27,028 nt of DNA from a virus (lineage: Duplodnaviria; Caudoviricetes), in the IMG/VR virus record IMGVR_UViG_3300025675_000019, positions 1 through 27,028 of that record. One strand, 5' to 3'. This document shows, piece after piece, positions 7,474-15,957 of this stretch. The position numbers and the translations under genes were made by a program. The notes below the pieces were generated by a model. The model was not told the DNA's origin. It was given only the letters and a program-made list of their open reading frames with translations, and ran no database searches. How positions within the stretch are numbered: position 1 is the stretch's first letter; every line of letters begins with the position of its first letter.

Positions 7474-8073
7474 ATGGCTGAAATCCACGCCTACGCCGAG
7501 CCGAACGGCCGGATCTCGTTCGGCTCTTTGGTGCCGGAGCCGTGCGTCCTGCTCGCCAGCGGGCCGGAGGAGAGGGTTCGTACGCTGATCGCGTCCGTCG
7601 CGGCGCGCTCCACGCTCGACGACGACACGCTGCTCGTCCCCGGGTTCGAGGAAGCGATGGAAGACAACGGCGCGCCGGACGACGCCGTGTACGCCCTGAT
7701 CCAGAGCCTCGCGGAAATCAACCGCGACGAGTTGCTGGTCGTGGCGTTGGCCGACGTGGTGCACGACGCCGCCACCTGCATCCACGCCTATTGCTGGCGT
7801 TCGGGGAGGATCGAGTTCGGGCATATCGTGCCCGAGGGCGCCATCGCCATCCTGTTCGGCGACCGTTCCGAGGTGGTTGAGATCATCTCGGCCTGCGCGC
7901 GTCACGCTCGCCATAACACTTGGCTGCTCGTCCCGGGCATCCCCGAGGCGGGCGACAACGAACATGCCGCGGAGGCCGCGCTCAACCACTTCATCAGCTT
8001 CTGCGGTCGGCGCTCGATCCGGATCGCTGCGACGTCTGCGGCGATCGCGGACGCGGCGGAGGGCGGATCATGA
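7474..8073 (+). CDS. Protein with two tandem copies of a 'host nuclease inhibitor'-like domain
   Basis: IHAY...GRI.FG..VPE...LLVPG..EA occurs twice; GAGGAGG SD. Confidence 0.7.
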   Translation: MAEIHAYAEPNGRISFGSLVPEPCVLLASGPEERVRTLIASVAARSTLDDDTLLVPGFEEAMEDNGAPDDAVYALIQSLAEINRDELLVVALADVVHDAATCIHAYCWRSGRIEFGHIVPEGAIAILFGDRSEVVEIISACARHARHNTWLLVPGIPEAGDNEHAAEAALNHFISFCGRRSIRIAATSAAIADAAEGGS

Positions 8074-8303
8074 TCCTCGCCCTCGACCCCGAAACCCGCC
8101 AGGCCGTCGAGCAGCTGGCGGTCGATATGAAGCTCACGTGGTTCCGCGCCGCCGGCGGCCTGCAGCTCCTGGTTCGGGAGAACGCCCTGACCGAGGAATA
8201 CTGCGCCGCGGTAGCCGAGACGGCGCGGGACATGGCCGTTCAGGTCGATGCGCTCGAGCAGCGCATCGCCGCCCTGCGCGCGAAGGAGGCCGGCGATGTC
8301 TGA
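8070..8303 (+). CDS. Hypothetical coiled-coil protein
   Basis: GGAGGG SD, ATGA overlap, C-terminal heptads VDALEQRIAALRA. Confidence 0.65.
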   Translation: MILALDPETRQAVEQLAVDMKLTWFRAAGGLQLLVRENALTEEYCAAVAETARDMAVQVDALEQRIAALRAKEAGDV

Positions 8304-8694
8304 GCCCCTCATCGCCTACGACATCCTGCCACCGCCCTTCGCCGCGCCGTGGGGCGTGGGCGCGGGCGGCGGCCTCACCAACGCCGACGGGCGGCTCCTC
8401 GCCTATCCCGTCCTCACCCACCTCGGGGAGCCGCGCGAGCGTGCGGCCCTCATGCGCTGGGCGGCGTCCTCGGCGGGCCTCGTCCACGTCGCCGCCGCCG
8501 GCGGGCTCGCGGCGGCGCGGCTGCCGGACCTGATCCGCCGCGGCAAGGGCGACAAGGCGATCGACGTGATCGAGCGCTTCATCCCGCTGGCGGCCGAGGG
8601 CCTGCGCCCGCTCTACGACCGCGCCAGCCGGCCGGACGTGCCGCACAACGCGGCTCTGATCGACCTCTTGGCGCGCATGGGAGAACGGCCATGA
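8296..8694 (+). CDS. Hypothetical protein (MSEPLIAYD...)
   Basis: AAGGAGG SD; overlaps neighbours. Confidence 0.65.
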   Translation: MSEPLIAYDILPPPFAAPWGVGAGGGLTNADGRLLAYPVLTHLGEPRERAALMRWAASSAGLVHVAAAGGLAAARLPDLIRRGKGDKAIDVIERFIPLAAEGLRPLYDRASRPDVPHNAALIDLLARMGERP

Positions 8695-9368
8695 GCCCGA
8701 CCACGGCGCAGATCGGCGCCATCCACGCCATGGCCAAGAAGGCCGGCATGGACGAGGACGCGCGGCGCGACTTCATCGCCGCGCGGGCCGGCGGCAAGCG
8801 CTCCTCGCGGGACCTCACCGTGAGCGAGGCCGGGGTCGTGATCGAGGCGCTCCAGGAGATCGTGCCCCGGGAAGTCGCCGGCTCGCGGCGCTCGGCCGCG
8901 CGGACGGTCACCGGCCGGTGGGCGGGCGTGCTGCGCGCGCTGTGGATCTCCGGCTGGAACCTCGGCGTCGTGCTGAGCCGCGACGACGAGGCGCTGATCG
9001 CCTTCGTCGAGCGCCAGACCGGCCTCTCGCACCCGCGCTTCCTGGTCGAGCCCGCCGACGCCCGCAAGGCGATCGAGGGCATCAAGGCCTGGCTCGCGCG
9101 TGAGGCGGGCGTGGACTGGGGCGAGAAGCACCGCGTGCCCAGCCGTAACGAGGACGGCATCGCAATCGGCTGGACGGACTTCGCCTGCCCGAAGCGCAAC
9201 GTGCTCTGGGCGCAGTTCGCGATCCTGCGCCGGCTCGGCCTGCCCGAGCCGGACTGGCCGAAGGGCACCGCGGCCGACGAGGAGCTGGACGCGCTGCAGC
9301 GCGTGCTCGGGGACGAGATCCGGCGCGCGGGCAAGAAGGGCAAGGGGAAGCGGAGGGCGGCGGCATGA
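8691..9368 (+). CDS. gemA: GemA / Mu gp16 (DUF1018) regulatory protein
   Basis: AQIGAIHAMAKKAGMDEDARR...GKRSSRDLT...LRALW...ALIAFVERQTG...AIEGIKAW. Confidence 0.85.
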   Translation: MSPTTAQIGAIHAMAKKAGMDEDARRDFIAARAGGKRSSRDLTVSEAGVVIEALQEIVPREVAGSRRSAARTVTGRWAGVLRALWISGWNLGVVLSRDDEALIAFVERQTGLSHPRFLVEPADARKAIEGIKAWLAREAGVDWGEKHRVPSRNEDGIAIGWTDFACPKRNVLWAQFAILRRLGLPEPDWPKGTAADEELDALQRVLGDEIRRAGKKGKGKRRAAA

Positions 9369-9694
9369 CGCGGCCAGTCGCCACGGAACGCCGCCAGCAC
9401 GAGCGTGCGCACGCGCTGCTCGGCCAGGGCGTGGGCGTTGAGGACGTCGCCTACCGCCTCTGCCTCACCGTGCCCACCGTTGCCCGGATCGCGCGGGAGA
9501 CCGACCACGGCAGGCTCCCGCTGGGCGACGGGCTGATCGAGGTGAGCCTGCGCGTGCCGCCGAAGGTCCACGCCGAGCTGGCCGCCGAGGCGCGCTCGCG
9601 GGGGATCGGCGTCTCGACCTTCACGGCCATGCTGCTCGGCCGGGCCACCCGCCACAGGCTGATCCCCGCGATCATGGACGACGAGGCCGTGTAA
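9365..9694 (+). CDS. Putative DNA-binding protein (HTH + RHH-like segment)
   Basis: GVGVEDVAYRLCLTVPTVARI; VSLRVPPKVHAELAAEARSRG. Confidence 0.6.
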   Translation: MTRPVATERRQHERAHALLGQGVGVEDVAYRLCLTVPTVARIARETDHGRLPLGDGLIEVSLRVPPKVHAELAAEARSRGIGVSTFTAMLLGRATRHRLIPAIMDDEAV

Positions 9695-9903
9695 TGCCCC
9701 GCCGCGCCGCCCAGCCCGGTCCCTCTCTGCTCGACTGGCCCATGCGCCAGCGGCTCGAGGAGCTGGCGCGGCGGCGCGTCGAGATCCTCGCCAGGATCTC
9801 CCGCTGGCGCCCGCGCTCCGAGCGCCGGCGCCAGGCCGAAGACGAGCTCGCCGCCATGACGCGCGAGCAGCTCGAGATCACGACGCAGCTCAGAGGGGGA
9901 TGA
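9694..9903 (+). CDS. Hypothetical protein
   Basis: TAATG coupling; helical, Arg-rich. Confidence 0.6.
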   Translation: MPRRAAQPGPSLLDWPMRQRLEELARRRVEILARISRWRPRSERRRQAEDELAAMTREQLEITTQLRGG

Positions 9904-9904
9904 A

Positions 9905-10420
9905 ATGCGCGAGGACGGCATCGTATGGCGCAGCGGAGCGCGCCCCGGCGACGGCCATCAGGGCCGGTACCGCACCACGCCGCCGACGCCGGTGACCGTC
10001 ATGGTCCCGTTGCGGCTCGTCGACAAGCTCAAGCCGCGCGCGGCCGAGCGGGGCTACAGCCTCGCCAAGCACTGCGCCGAGCTGGTCGAGCTGGGCTGGG
10101 CGGCCACCGTGGGCGCGATCGAGGCGCCGGTCCTCGCGCCGCAGCCGGAGCCCGTGTCGATCGAGCCGCGGCCGACGTCGCTCGCGCCCTACGGCGGCCC
10201 GGTCCCGGGGCGCCTGGCGTCGGCGACGTCGATCGCGTTCCTGGTGGCGCTGCCGGCGATCGCCGAGCCCGAGCGGGCGGGCGAGGAGCCCGCGATCGCG
10301 CCCGCCCTCGTCCGCACCGTCCGCGCCCTGCGCGCCGCCGGCCAGACGCCCCGCGAGATCGCGGCCTCGACCGGCCTAGCGCGCGATGACGTGCTGGAGA
10401 TCCTCGGGAGGCGGGGGTGA
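9905..10420 (+). CDS. Putative DNA-binding protein (RHH-like + C-terminal HTH)
   Basis: VTVMVPLRLVDKLKPRAAERGYSL; GQTPREIAASTGLARDDVLEIL; GAGGGG SD. Confidence 0.6.
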   Translation: MREDGIVWRSGARPGDGHQGRYRTTPPTPVTVMVPLRLVDKLKPRAAERGYSLAKHCAELVELGWAATVGAIEAPVLAPQPEPVSIEPRPTSLAPYGGPVPGRLASATSIAFLVALPAIAEPERAGEEPAIAPALVRTVRALRAAGQTPREIAASTGLARDDVLEILGRRG

Positions 10421-10422
10421 TG

Positions 10423-10818
10423 CTATTCGCTCAGGTCGACCCAGGTCACCGCAGGGTCGTAGATCGCCGGGCCGGAGCTGTCGCGAACTTCGGCCTCGAT
10501 GTCGACGATGCACGTCTGGCGTATTTCGTCGCCGGTACAGTCGTTGACGATGCGCTGTCGGGTCTCGCCGTCGAAGCGCTCGAGCAGGAGCGGCATCGTG
10601 CCCACGACCTGCTGGGACATGTTCACAACGACGCACTCCGCGCGCCCGAGCGAGGCCCGGATCACCACGCACCGGAACTCCTGGCGCGTCCCGTCGAAGG
10701 CAGTCGGGTTCGTCGCGATCTCGAAGAGCCTGATCAGCTTCGGCTCGGTGAGCTGCTGAGCGCCCGCTGGCGCCGCGAGGGCGACGAGGACAGCGGCGGC
10801 GAGCAGGATCTTGCGCAT
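10423..10818 (-). CDS. Secreted/periplasmic hypothetical protein (moron)
   Basis: GGAGGT SD; signal peptide MRKILLAAAVLVALAAPAGA; four Cys; opposite strand to the operon. Confidence 0.8.
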   Translation of the reverse strand: MRKILLAAAVLVALAAPAGAQQLTEPKLIRLFEIATNPTAFDGTRQEFRCVVIRASLGRAECVVVNMSQQVVGTMPLLLERFDGETRQRIVNDCTGDEIRQTCIVDIEAEVRDSSGPAIYDPAVTWVDLSE

Positions 10819-10882
10819 CGGGACCTCCGGGCATGGGCGTCTTTCGCAACTCTTTACTGCACATCGACGGGGGTGACGAGCC

Positions 10883-11140
10883 ATGAAATCCCGAAATCGT
10901 AAACGCGGCGCCTCGCGGCGGATGCGCAGCTTCGCGCTCGAGGTGACGACGCTGCAGGCCATCCTACTCGATCGGTCGCCGTCGGCCCGCCTCGCGACCG
11001 AGAGCGGCATGTCCCTCGTCAACGCCCGGGCCTACCCGTGTGCCGACGGATCGTTCACGCTCCGCGTGGTCTGGCGCAGCCGCAAGCCCGGGCTCGAGTG
11101 CTCAATCGCCGAAACCTTCAGGGGGCTTCGAGGATCATGA
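10883..11140 (+). CDS. Hypothetical protein
   Basis: GGGGGTG SD-like; ATGA coupling to the Mor/C-like gene. Confidence 0.55.
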   Translation: MKSRNRKRGASRRMRSFALEVTTLQAILLDRSPSARLATESGMSLVNARAYPCADGSFTLRVVWRSRKPGLECSIAETFRGLRGS

Positions 11141-11481
11141 GCTTCGCCCTCGCCCAGATCCGGGAGGCGATCGGCGACGAGGCGGCGCTCAAGCTGATCG
11201 AGGCGCGCGGCGGGACGACGGTGTTCGTCCCCTGCGATCCGCGCGAGGATCAGCTCCTGGTCGACATCGTGGGGCTTGACGCGGCGCGCGAATTGGCGTC
11301 GCGTTGGGGAAAGGAGTACCTCGCGGTCCCGATCGCCATGGAGTGGCGCATCGACCGCCTCCTCGAGGAGGGGCTGTCCGCGCCGAAGATCGCGCTCGCG
11401 CTCGGCGTCCACGAGGACCGCGTCCGCCGCCGGCGGCGCAAGGTCGGAGCCGGCGGCTCGCAGCCCGACCTGTTCGCCTGA
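11137..11481 (+). CDS. Mor/C-family transcription activator (probable late activator)
   Basis: IGDEAALKLIEARGGTTVFVP repeated as VGLDAARELASRWGKEYLAVP; C-terminal HTH GLSAPKIALALGVHEDRVRR; located before the lysis genes. Confidence 0.8.
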   Translation: MSFALAQIREAIGDEAALKLIEARGGTTVFVPCDPREDQLLVDIVGLDAARELASRWGKEYLAVPIAMEWRIDRLLEEGLSAPKIALALGVHEDRVRRRRRKVGAGGSQPDLFA

Positions 11482-11492
11482 ACCCCGCACCC

Positions 11493-11536
11493 CCGCACCC
11501 GCACCCCTGAACCGTCCCGGTTGTGACGGGCAAGGT
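11493..11536 (+). promoter_or_regulatory. Putative late promoter for lysis operon (Plys-like)
   Basis: Dyad AACCG-TCC-CGGTT within a 30-bp repeat shared with 18929-18958; CAAGGT 8 nt downstream. Confidence 0.7.
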
Positions 11537-11575
11537 CGCTCCTGTCACCGCGCGTCGCGCGAGGGGAGCGATCCG

Positions 11576-12571
11576 ATGCAGACCAGCGAACGCGGCAAGG
11601 CCGTCATCGTCTACAAGGAAGGCCTGGTCCTCAAGGCCTACCTCTGCCCCGCCGGGATCTGGACGATCGGCGTCGGCCACACGTCCGCCGCCGGCGCCCC
11701 GGCCGTCAAGCCGGGCATGAAGATCACCCGCGACGAAGCGATGGCGATCCTCGCGAGCGACCTGCGCAAGTTCGAGGCGCGCACCGCACGGCACGTCGAG
11801 TACGAGCGCGCGCCCGACGAGCAGGCCGCCGCCGACGGCTCAACCTCCTTCGACTTCAACACCGGCCGTATCCACAACGCCACCTGGGTTCGCCACTTCA
11901 ACGCGGGCGATTTCATGCGTGCGCGGGCTTCGTTCATGCAGTGGACCCGCGGCGGCGGGAAGGTGCTGCGCGGGCTCGTCAAGCGCCGCGAGATCGAGGC
12001 CAACATGATCTTCGACGGCGAGTACCCGGACGATATCAGCGTCCAGGTCGTGACGTCCGCGAAGCCGGACCGGACCGATGCGGTCTGGGTCGTCGCCTCC
12101 ACCGCGGAGCAACGGCAGGCGCTCTACGACGGGCTCAAGAAGCTCGGCTACGATCCCGGCTCCTGGACCGGCCCAGACAGGGTTCCGATCGCGAGCGCCA
12201 AGGCCGTGCGCGCCTTCCAGCGCGACCACGATCTGACCGTCGACGGCCTGATCGGCGACGCCACCCTCTCCACCCTGCAGCGCGAGCTGGACGCCCGGAG
12301 CAAGACGAAGGGCGCGGGCGCGGGCGGCGCGGCCGGCGGCGCGACCGCGGCTGGCGGGCCGGCTGCCGTCGAGGCCCTGCCGCCCGAGGCGGTGCCCGCC
12401 GACGTCCCCGAGGCGCTGCTCGAGCCGGCCTTCGTCCAGGGCGCCGGCGTCGTGATCCTCGCCGTCGCCGTGCTCCGCGGCGCCTGGCTCGCCTACCGCT
12501 ACCGCGACGTGATCGCGGCCCGCATCCACGGCTTCGCGCCGCGCCCAGCGGCCTGGCTCCGCAGCTTCTGA
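11576..12571 (+). CDS. Endolysin: GH24 lysozyme + peptidoglycan-binding domain + C-terminal hydrophobic helix
   Basis: EGLVLKAYLCPAGIWTIGVGHT; GLVKRREIEA; AVRAFQRDHDLTVDGLIGDAT; GAGGGGAG SD. Confidence 0.92.
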   Translation: MQTSERGKAVIVYKEGLVLKAYLCPAGIWTIGVGHTSAAGAPAVKPGMKITRDEAMAILASDLRKFEARTARHVEYERAPDEQAAADGSTSFDFNTGRIHNATWVRHFNAGDFMRARASFMQWTRGGGKVLRGLVKRREIEANMIFDGEYPDDISVQVVTSAKPDRTDAVWVVASTAEQRQALYDGLKKLGYDPGSWTGPDRVPIASAKAVRAFQRDHDLTVDGLIGDATLSTLQRELDARSKTKGAGAGGAAGGATAAGGPAAVEALPPEAVPADVPEALLEPAFVQGAGVVILAVAVLRGAWLAYRYRDVIAARIHGFAPRPAAWLRSF

Positions 12572-12581
12572 GGAGTGTTTC

Positions 12582-12989
12582 ATGGTCCCCGTCGCTACCG
12601 CCGTCCTTTCCGCCGTCGCGCCCGAGCTGGTGCGCGGCATCCTCTCTCGGCTCTTGCCGCAGCGCGAGGCCGCGCGGACCGGCGCCGATCCCCGGCCAGA
12701 GCTGCCACCGGTCGACGTCGAGAAGATCGCGCGCGAGCTGACCCGCGACGCCGGCCTGCAGCGCGTCGCCGAGGAGGCGGTTCGCAGCGTCGCCAAGCCG
12801 TGGTGGCAGTCCAAGGGCGTGCTCGGCGGCGCGGGCGTGGTGCTCATGTCCGTCGGCTCGATCGTCGGCCTCGCCATCACGGCCGAGGACGCCGGCGCCA
12901 TCACGGACAACCTCGACAAGATCGCGACGGGGCTGTTCGGCCTCTACGCGATCTACGGCCGCCTCGTCGCCCGGAGCCCGTTGAAGTGA
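12582..12989 (+). CDS. Putative holin / membrane protein
   Basis: KPWWQSKGVLGG followed by two hydrophobic segments and IYGRLVA; GAGGAG SD; follows endolysin. Confidence 0.6.
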   Translation: MVPVATAVLSAVAPELVRGILSRLLPQREAARTGADPRPELPPVDVEKIARELTRDAGLQRVAEEAVRSVAKPWWQSKGVLGGAGVVLMSVGSIVGLAITAEDAGAITDNLDKIATGLFGLYAIYGRLVARSPLK

Positions 12990-13450
12990 GACGTTCGATC
13001 TACCGATCCGCGCTCTGGCGCGCCCTCGCGGTCCTGGGGCTGTTCCTCGCCGTCGCCATGCTGATCTGGATCACGGGCGGCGGCGCTCAGGCGGCCGAGG
13101 GCGGCGGCTCGTCCTCCCTGTGGTCGGACCTGCCGCGCTGGGCGAACATGGTCATCTCCATCGGCGGGCTCGCGCTGCTCCTGCTCACGCTCTACCTGTC
13201 GACCCGCTTCGCGCCGAAGGCGGGGCTCGACGCCGCGCAGCTCCGGCAGGCGGAGATCGAGAAGCGGCTCGACCGCGTCGAGGCGCGCCTCGAGACGCTG
13301 CCCGATCGCGACCAGGTGCATCGGCTGGCGCTCGACATGGAGCGGCAGTCCGGCGAGCTGCGCGCCTTGACGGCGACGATCCGCCCGCTGGGCGCGAGCG
13401 TCACCCGGATCGAGGAGTGGCTGATCAATAAGGGGGATAGGCGCTCGTGA
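12986..13450 (+). CDS. DUF2730-like membrane-anchored coiled-coil protein (Mu gp25-like)
   Basis: RLDRVEARLETLPDRDQVHRL...RIEEWL; GTGA overlap; start uncertain. Confidence 0.75.
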   Translation: MRRSIYRSALWRALAVLGLFLAVAMLIWITGGGAQAAEGGGSSSLWSDLPRWANMVISIGGLALLLLTLYLSTRFAPKAGLDAAQLRQAEIEKRLDRVEARLETLPDRDQVHRLALDMERQSGELRALTATIRPLGASVTRIEEWLINKGDRRS

Positions 13451-13749
13451 GCTACCAGGATCTCGTCACTCAGCACCTGCGATTTGCCACCCTGCGCATC
13501 CTTGCGGACGAGCGAAACCACGCGTCGAACGACAGTCTGATCACCGACGAGCTTCGGCGGATCGGGTTCAACCCGACGCGCGACGCCGTGAGGGCCGAGC
13601 TGCGCTGGCTCGAGAGCGTCGCCGCCGTGGGCATCGACGATACGACGCTCAAGGGCACGTGGGTCGTTACCCTGCGCGAGCGCGGCCTCGACCACATCGA
13701 GCGGCGCCTTGTAATAGACGGCGTTCGCCGCCCCAGCCCGGAGCGCTGA
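13447..13749 (+). CDS. Mu gp26-like winged-HTH protein
   Basis: RFATLRIL...TRDAVRAELRWLE...TLRERGLD...GVRRPSP. Confidence 0.8.
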   Translation: MSYQDLVTQHLRFATLRILADERNHASNDSLITDELRRIGFNPTRDAVRAELRWLESVAAVGIDDTTLKGTWVVTLRERGLDHIERRLVIDGVRRPSPER

Positions 13750-13750
13750 C

Positions 13751-14314
13751 ATGCGCCAGGAGCGCGTCGGCCGCGGCCGTCTCTCGTCCCTCGACCTGAT
13801 CCCGGACGCCGGCCGCGACGACGTGCTGTGGGCGCTCGAGGAGCTGAACAAGCGCGAGCGGATGCAGGTCGACATCCTGCTCGAGCTCAACAAAAGGCTC
13901 GAAGAGAAGGGCATCGACCCCGTCTCCAAGAGCGCCTTCAACCGCAAGGCCGTGCGGGTGTCCGCCGCGTCGCGCAGGATCGCGGAAGCGCGCGCCGTCT
14001 TCGCCGGCATCGCCGACCAGTTCACCCCCGGCGAGGCGGACGCCAACAACTTCGCCTTGGGCGAGGTGATCAAGACGTTGATCCTGGAGCTGCTCGACGA
14101 GCCGGGTCACTCGCCGAAGGGCGCGATGGAGCTGGCCCGCGCCTTCCTCGCCACCATTCAGGCGCAGAACCTGTCGACCGGCCAGCGCCAGAAGCTGGAG
14201 GCCGAGTTGGCTGCCAAGGCTTCGAAGGCCGTCGATGCCATCGCCGGCGAGAAGGGCCTCACGAAAGAGACGGCCGAGGCGATCAAGGCGCAGATCCTGG
14301 GGCTTCGAAAATGA
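13751..14314 (+). CDS. DUF3486 / Mu gp27 (terminase small subunit-like)
   Basis: GRGRLSSLDLIP...VSKSAFNR...GLTKETAEAIKAQILG; directly before the large terminase. Confidence 0.85.
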   Translation: MRQERVGRGRLSSLDLIPDAGRDDVLWALEELNKRERMQVDILLELNKRLEEKGIDPVSKSAFNRKAVRVSAASRRIAEARAVFAGIADQFTPGEADANNFALGEVIKTLILELLDEPGHSPKGAMELARAFLATIQAQNLSTGQRQKLEAELAAKASKAVDAIAGEKGLTKETAEAIKAQILGLRK

Positions 14315-15957
14315 GCGCGCCGCTCTCCGAGCAGGAATGGGCCGAGGTCCGGCGCGCCGCGCGCCAGGCGCTGCCGACAGGGCTCGATCCGAAGACACCG
14401 GCCGGCGTGCTCCTGTCCTACCAGGCCGAGCTGCTCGAGGCCGTCTCGACCCATGCCCTCGTCGCCACCGACAAGAGCCGGCGCGTCGGCGCCACCTGGG
14501 GGATCGGCGCCCTGGCGGTGATCACGTCGGCGCTGATCAAGTCCGACGGCGGCATGGACACGCTCTATCTCGGCTACAATCTCGATATGGCGCGGGAATT
14601 CATCGACACCTGCGCCATGTGGGCGAAGGCGTTCGGCGAAGCCTGCTCGGAGGTGGGCGAGTTCCTGTTCCGAGAGCAGGACGACAAGGGCGCCGATCGC
14701 AGCATCCAGGCGTACCGTATCACGTTCGCCTCGGGGTTCGAGATCGTCGCGCTGTCGTCGCGGCCGCGCTCGCTGCGCGGCCGGCAGGGCTTCGTCATCC
14801 TCGACGAGTTCGCGTTCCACGACGATGCAGGCGAGCTGCTCAAGGCGGCCATGGCGCTGCTCATCTGGGGCGGGCGGGTGCTGGTGATCTCGACGCACAA
14901 CGGCGTCGACAACCCGTTCAACGAGCTGCTCACCGAAATCCGCTCCGGCAAGCGGCCGGGCAAGATCGTGCGCGTCACCTTCGACGACGCCATCGAGCAG
15001 GGGCTCTACGAACGCATCTGCCTCACGACGGGCAAGGCCTGGTCGCCCGAGGCGGAGGCGAAGTGGCGCGCCGGCATCCGCGCCATGTACGGCGCGGCCG
15101 CGGCCGAGGAGCTGGACTGCATCCCGGCTCAGGGCTCGGGCGTCTACCTCACCTCGGCGTTGATCGAGGCGAACATGGAGGAGGGCGCGCCGGTCCTGCG
15201 GCTGCGCTGCCCCGACGGCTTCGAGACCCGGCCGGAGCGGGAGCGGTTCAGCTGGGTGCAGGACTGGCTCGCCGAGCACGTCGACCCGGTGCTCGCCACG
15301 CTGCCGAAGAACCTGCAGCACGCCTACGGCTTCGACTTCGCCCGCTCCGGCGACCTGTCGGCGCTTCTGCCGCTCACCATCCTGCAGGATCTCCGCCGGC
15401 GGGCGCCCTTCGTGCTCGAGATGCGCAACGTCCCCTTCGCCCAGCAGCAGCAGATCCTGTTCCACATCGTCCGTCGGCTGCCCCGGTTCGTCGCCGGCAA
15501 GCACGACGCCCGCGGCAACGGCCAGCAGCTCGCGGAGGCGGCGCAGCAGGAGTTCGGCTTCGAGCGGGTCGAGGCGGTGATGCTCACCCAGGCCTGGTAT
15601 CTCGAGCACACGCCGAAGCTGAAGGCGCGGCTCGAGGACCGCACCTTCGTGCTGCCGCTCGACGCGGACGTGCGCGACGACTTCCGCCAGATCAAGCTCA
15701 CCCGCGGCATCCCGAAGGTGCCCGACGACGCGAAGACGACGGGCGCCGACGGCGGCCAGCGCCACGGCGACGTGGCGATCGCCGGCATCCTCGCCAACGC
15801 GGCCGCCGACGCCGAGCCGATCGAATACGGCTACCGCCCCGCGCCGCCGCCGGCGCGCCGCGGCCTAGACGGCGGCGCCGGCGCCCGCGACTTCTGGCGG
15901 CCGCGCCGCGACGGCGATCGCCCCACCACCACCACCGGACGCGAGAAGTTCCTATGA
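14311..15957 (+). CDS. Terminase large subunit (Mu gp28-like)
   Basis: LLSYQ, KSRRVGATW, VILDEFAFH, ISTHNG, GFDFARSGDLS, HGDVAIA. Confidence 0.93.
   Translation: MSAPLSEQEWAEVRRAARQALPTGLDPKTPAGVLLSYQAELLEAVSTHALVATDKSRRVGATWGIGALAVITSALIKSDGGMDTLYLGYNLDMAREFIDTCAMWAKAFGEACSEVGEFLFREQDDKGADRSIQAYRITFASGFEIVALSSRPRSLRGRQGFVILDEFAFHDDAGELLKAAMALLIWGGRVLVISTHNGVDNPFNELLTEIRSGKRPGKIVRVTFDDAIEQGLYERICLTTGKAWSPEAEAKWRAGIRAMYGAAAAEELDCIPAQGSGVYLTSALIEANMEEGAPVLRLRCPDGFETRPERERFSWVQDWLAEHVDPVLATLPKNLQHAYGFDFARSGDLSALLPLTILQDLRRRAPFVLEMRNVPFAQQQQILFHIVRRLPRFVAGKHDARGNGQQLAEAAQQEFGFERVEAVMLTQAWYLEHTPKLKARLEDRTFVLPLDADVRDDFRQIKLTRGIPKVPDDAKTTGADGGQRHGDVAIAGILANAAADAEPIEYGYRPAPPPARRGLDGGAGARDFWRPRRDGDRPTTTTGREKFL

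Noticed and set aside
10417-10902. Plus-strand ORF with TGATG coupling overlapping the moron
   Set aside because: Composition typical of an antisense frame; the minus-strand gene has SD and signal peptide. The coupled ATG may be chance or a relic
14235-15953. Apparent long N-terminal extension making the portal 1106 aa (likewise extended starts for A, terminase, G, gp37)
   Set aside because: Arg/Gly-rich off-frame read of the upstream gene; coupled ATGA/GTGA starts give normal-sized proteins
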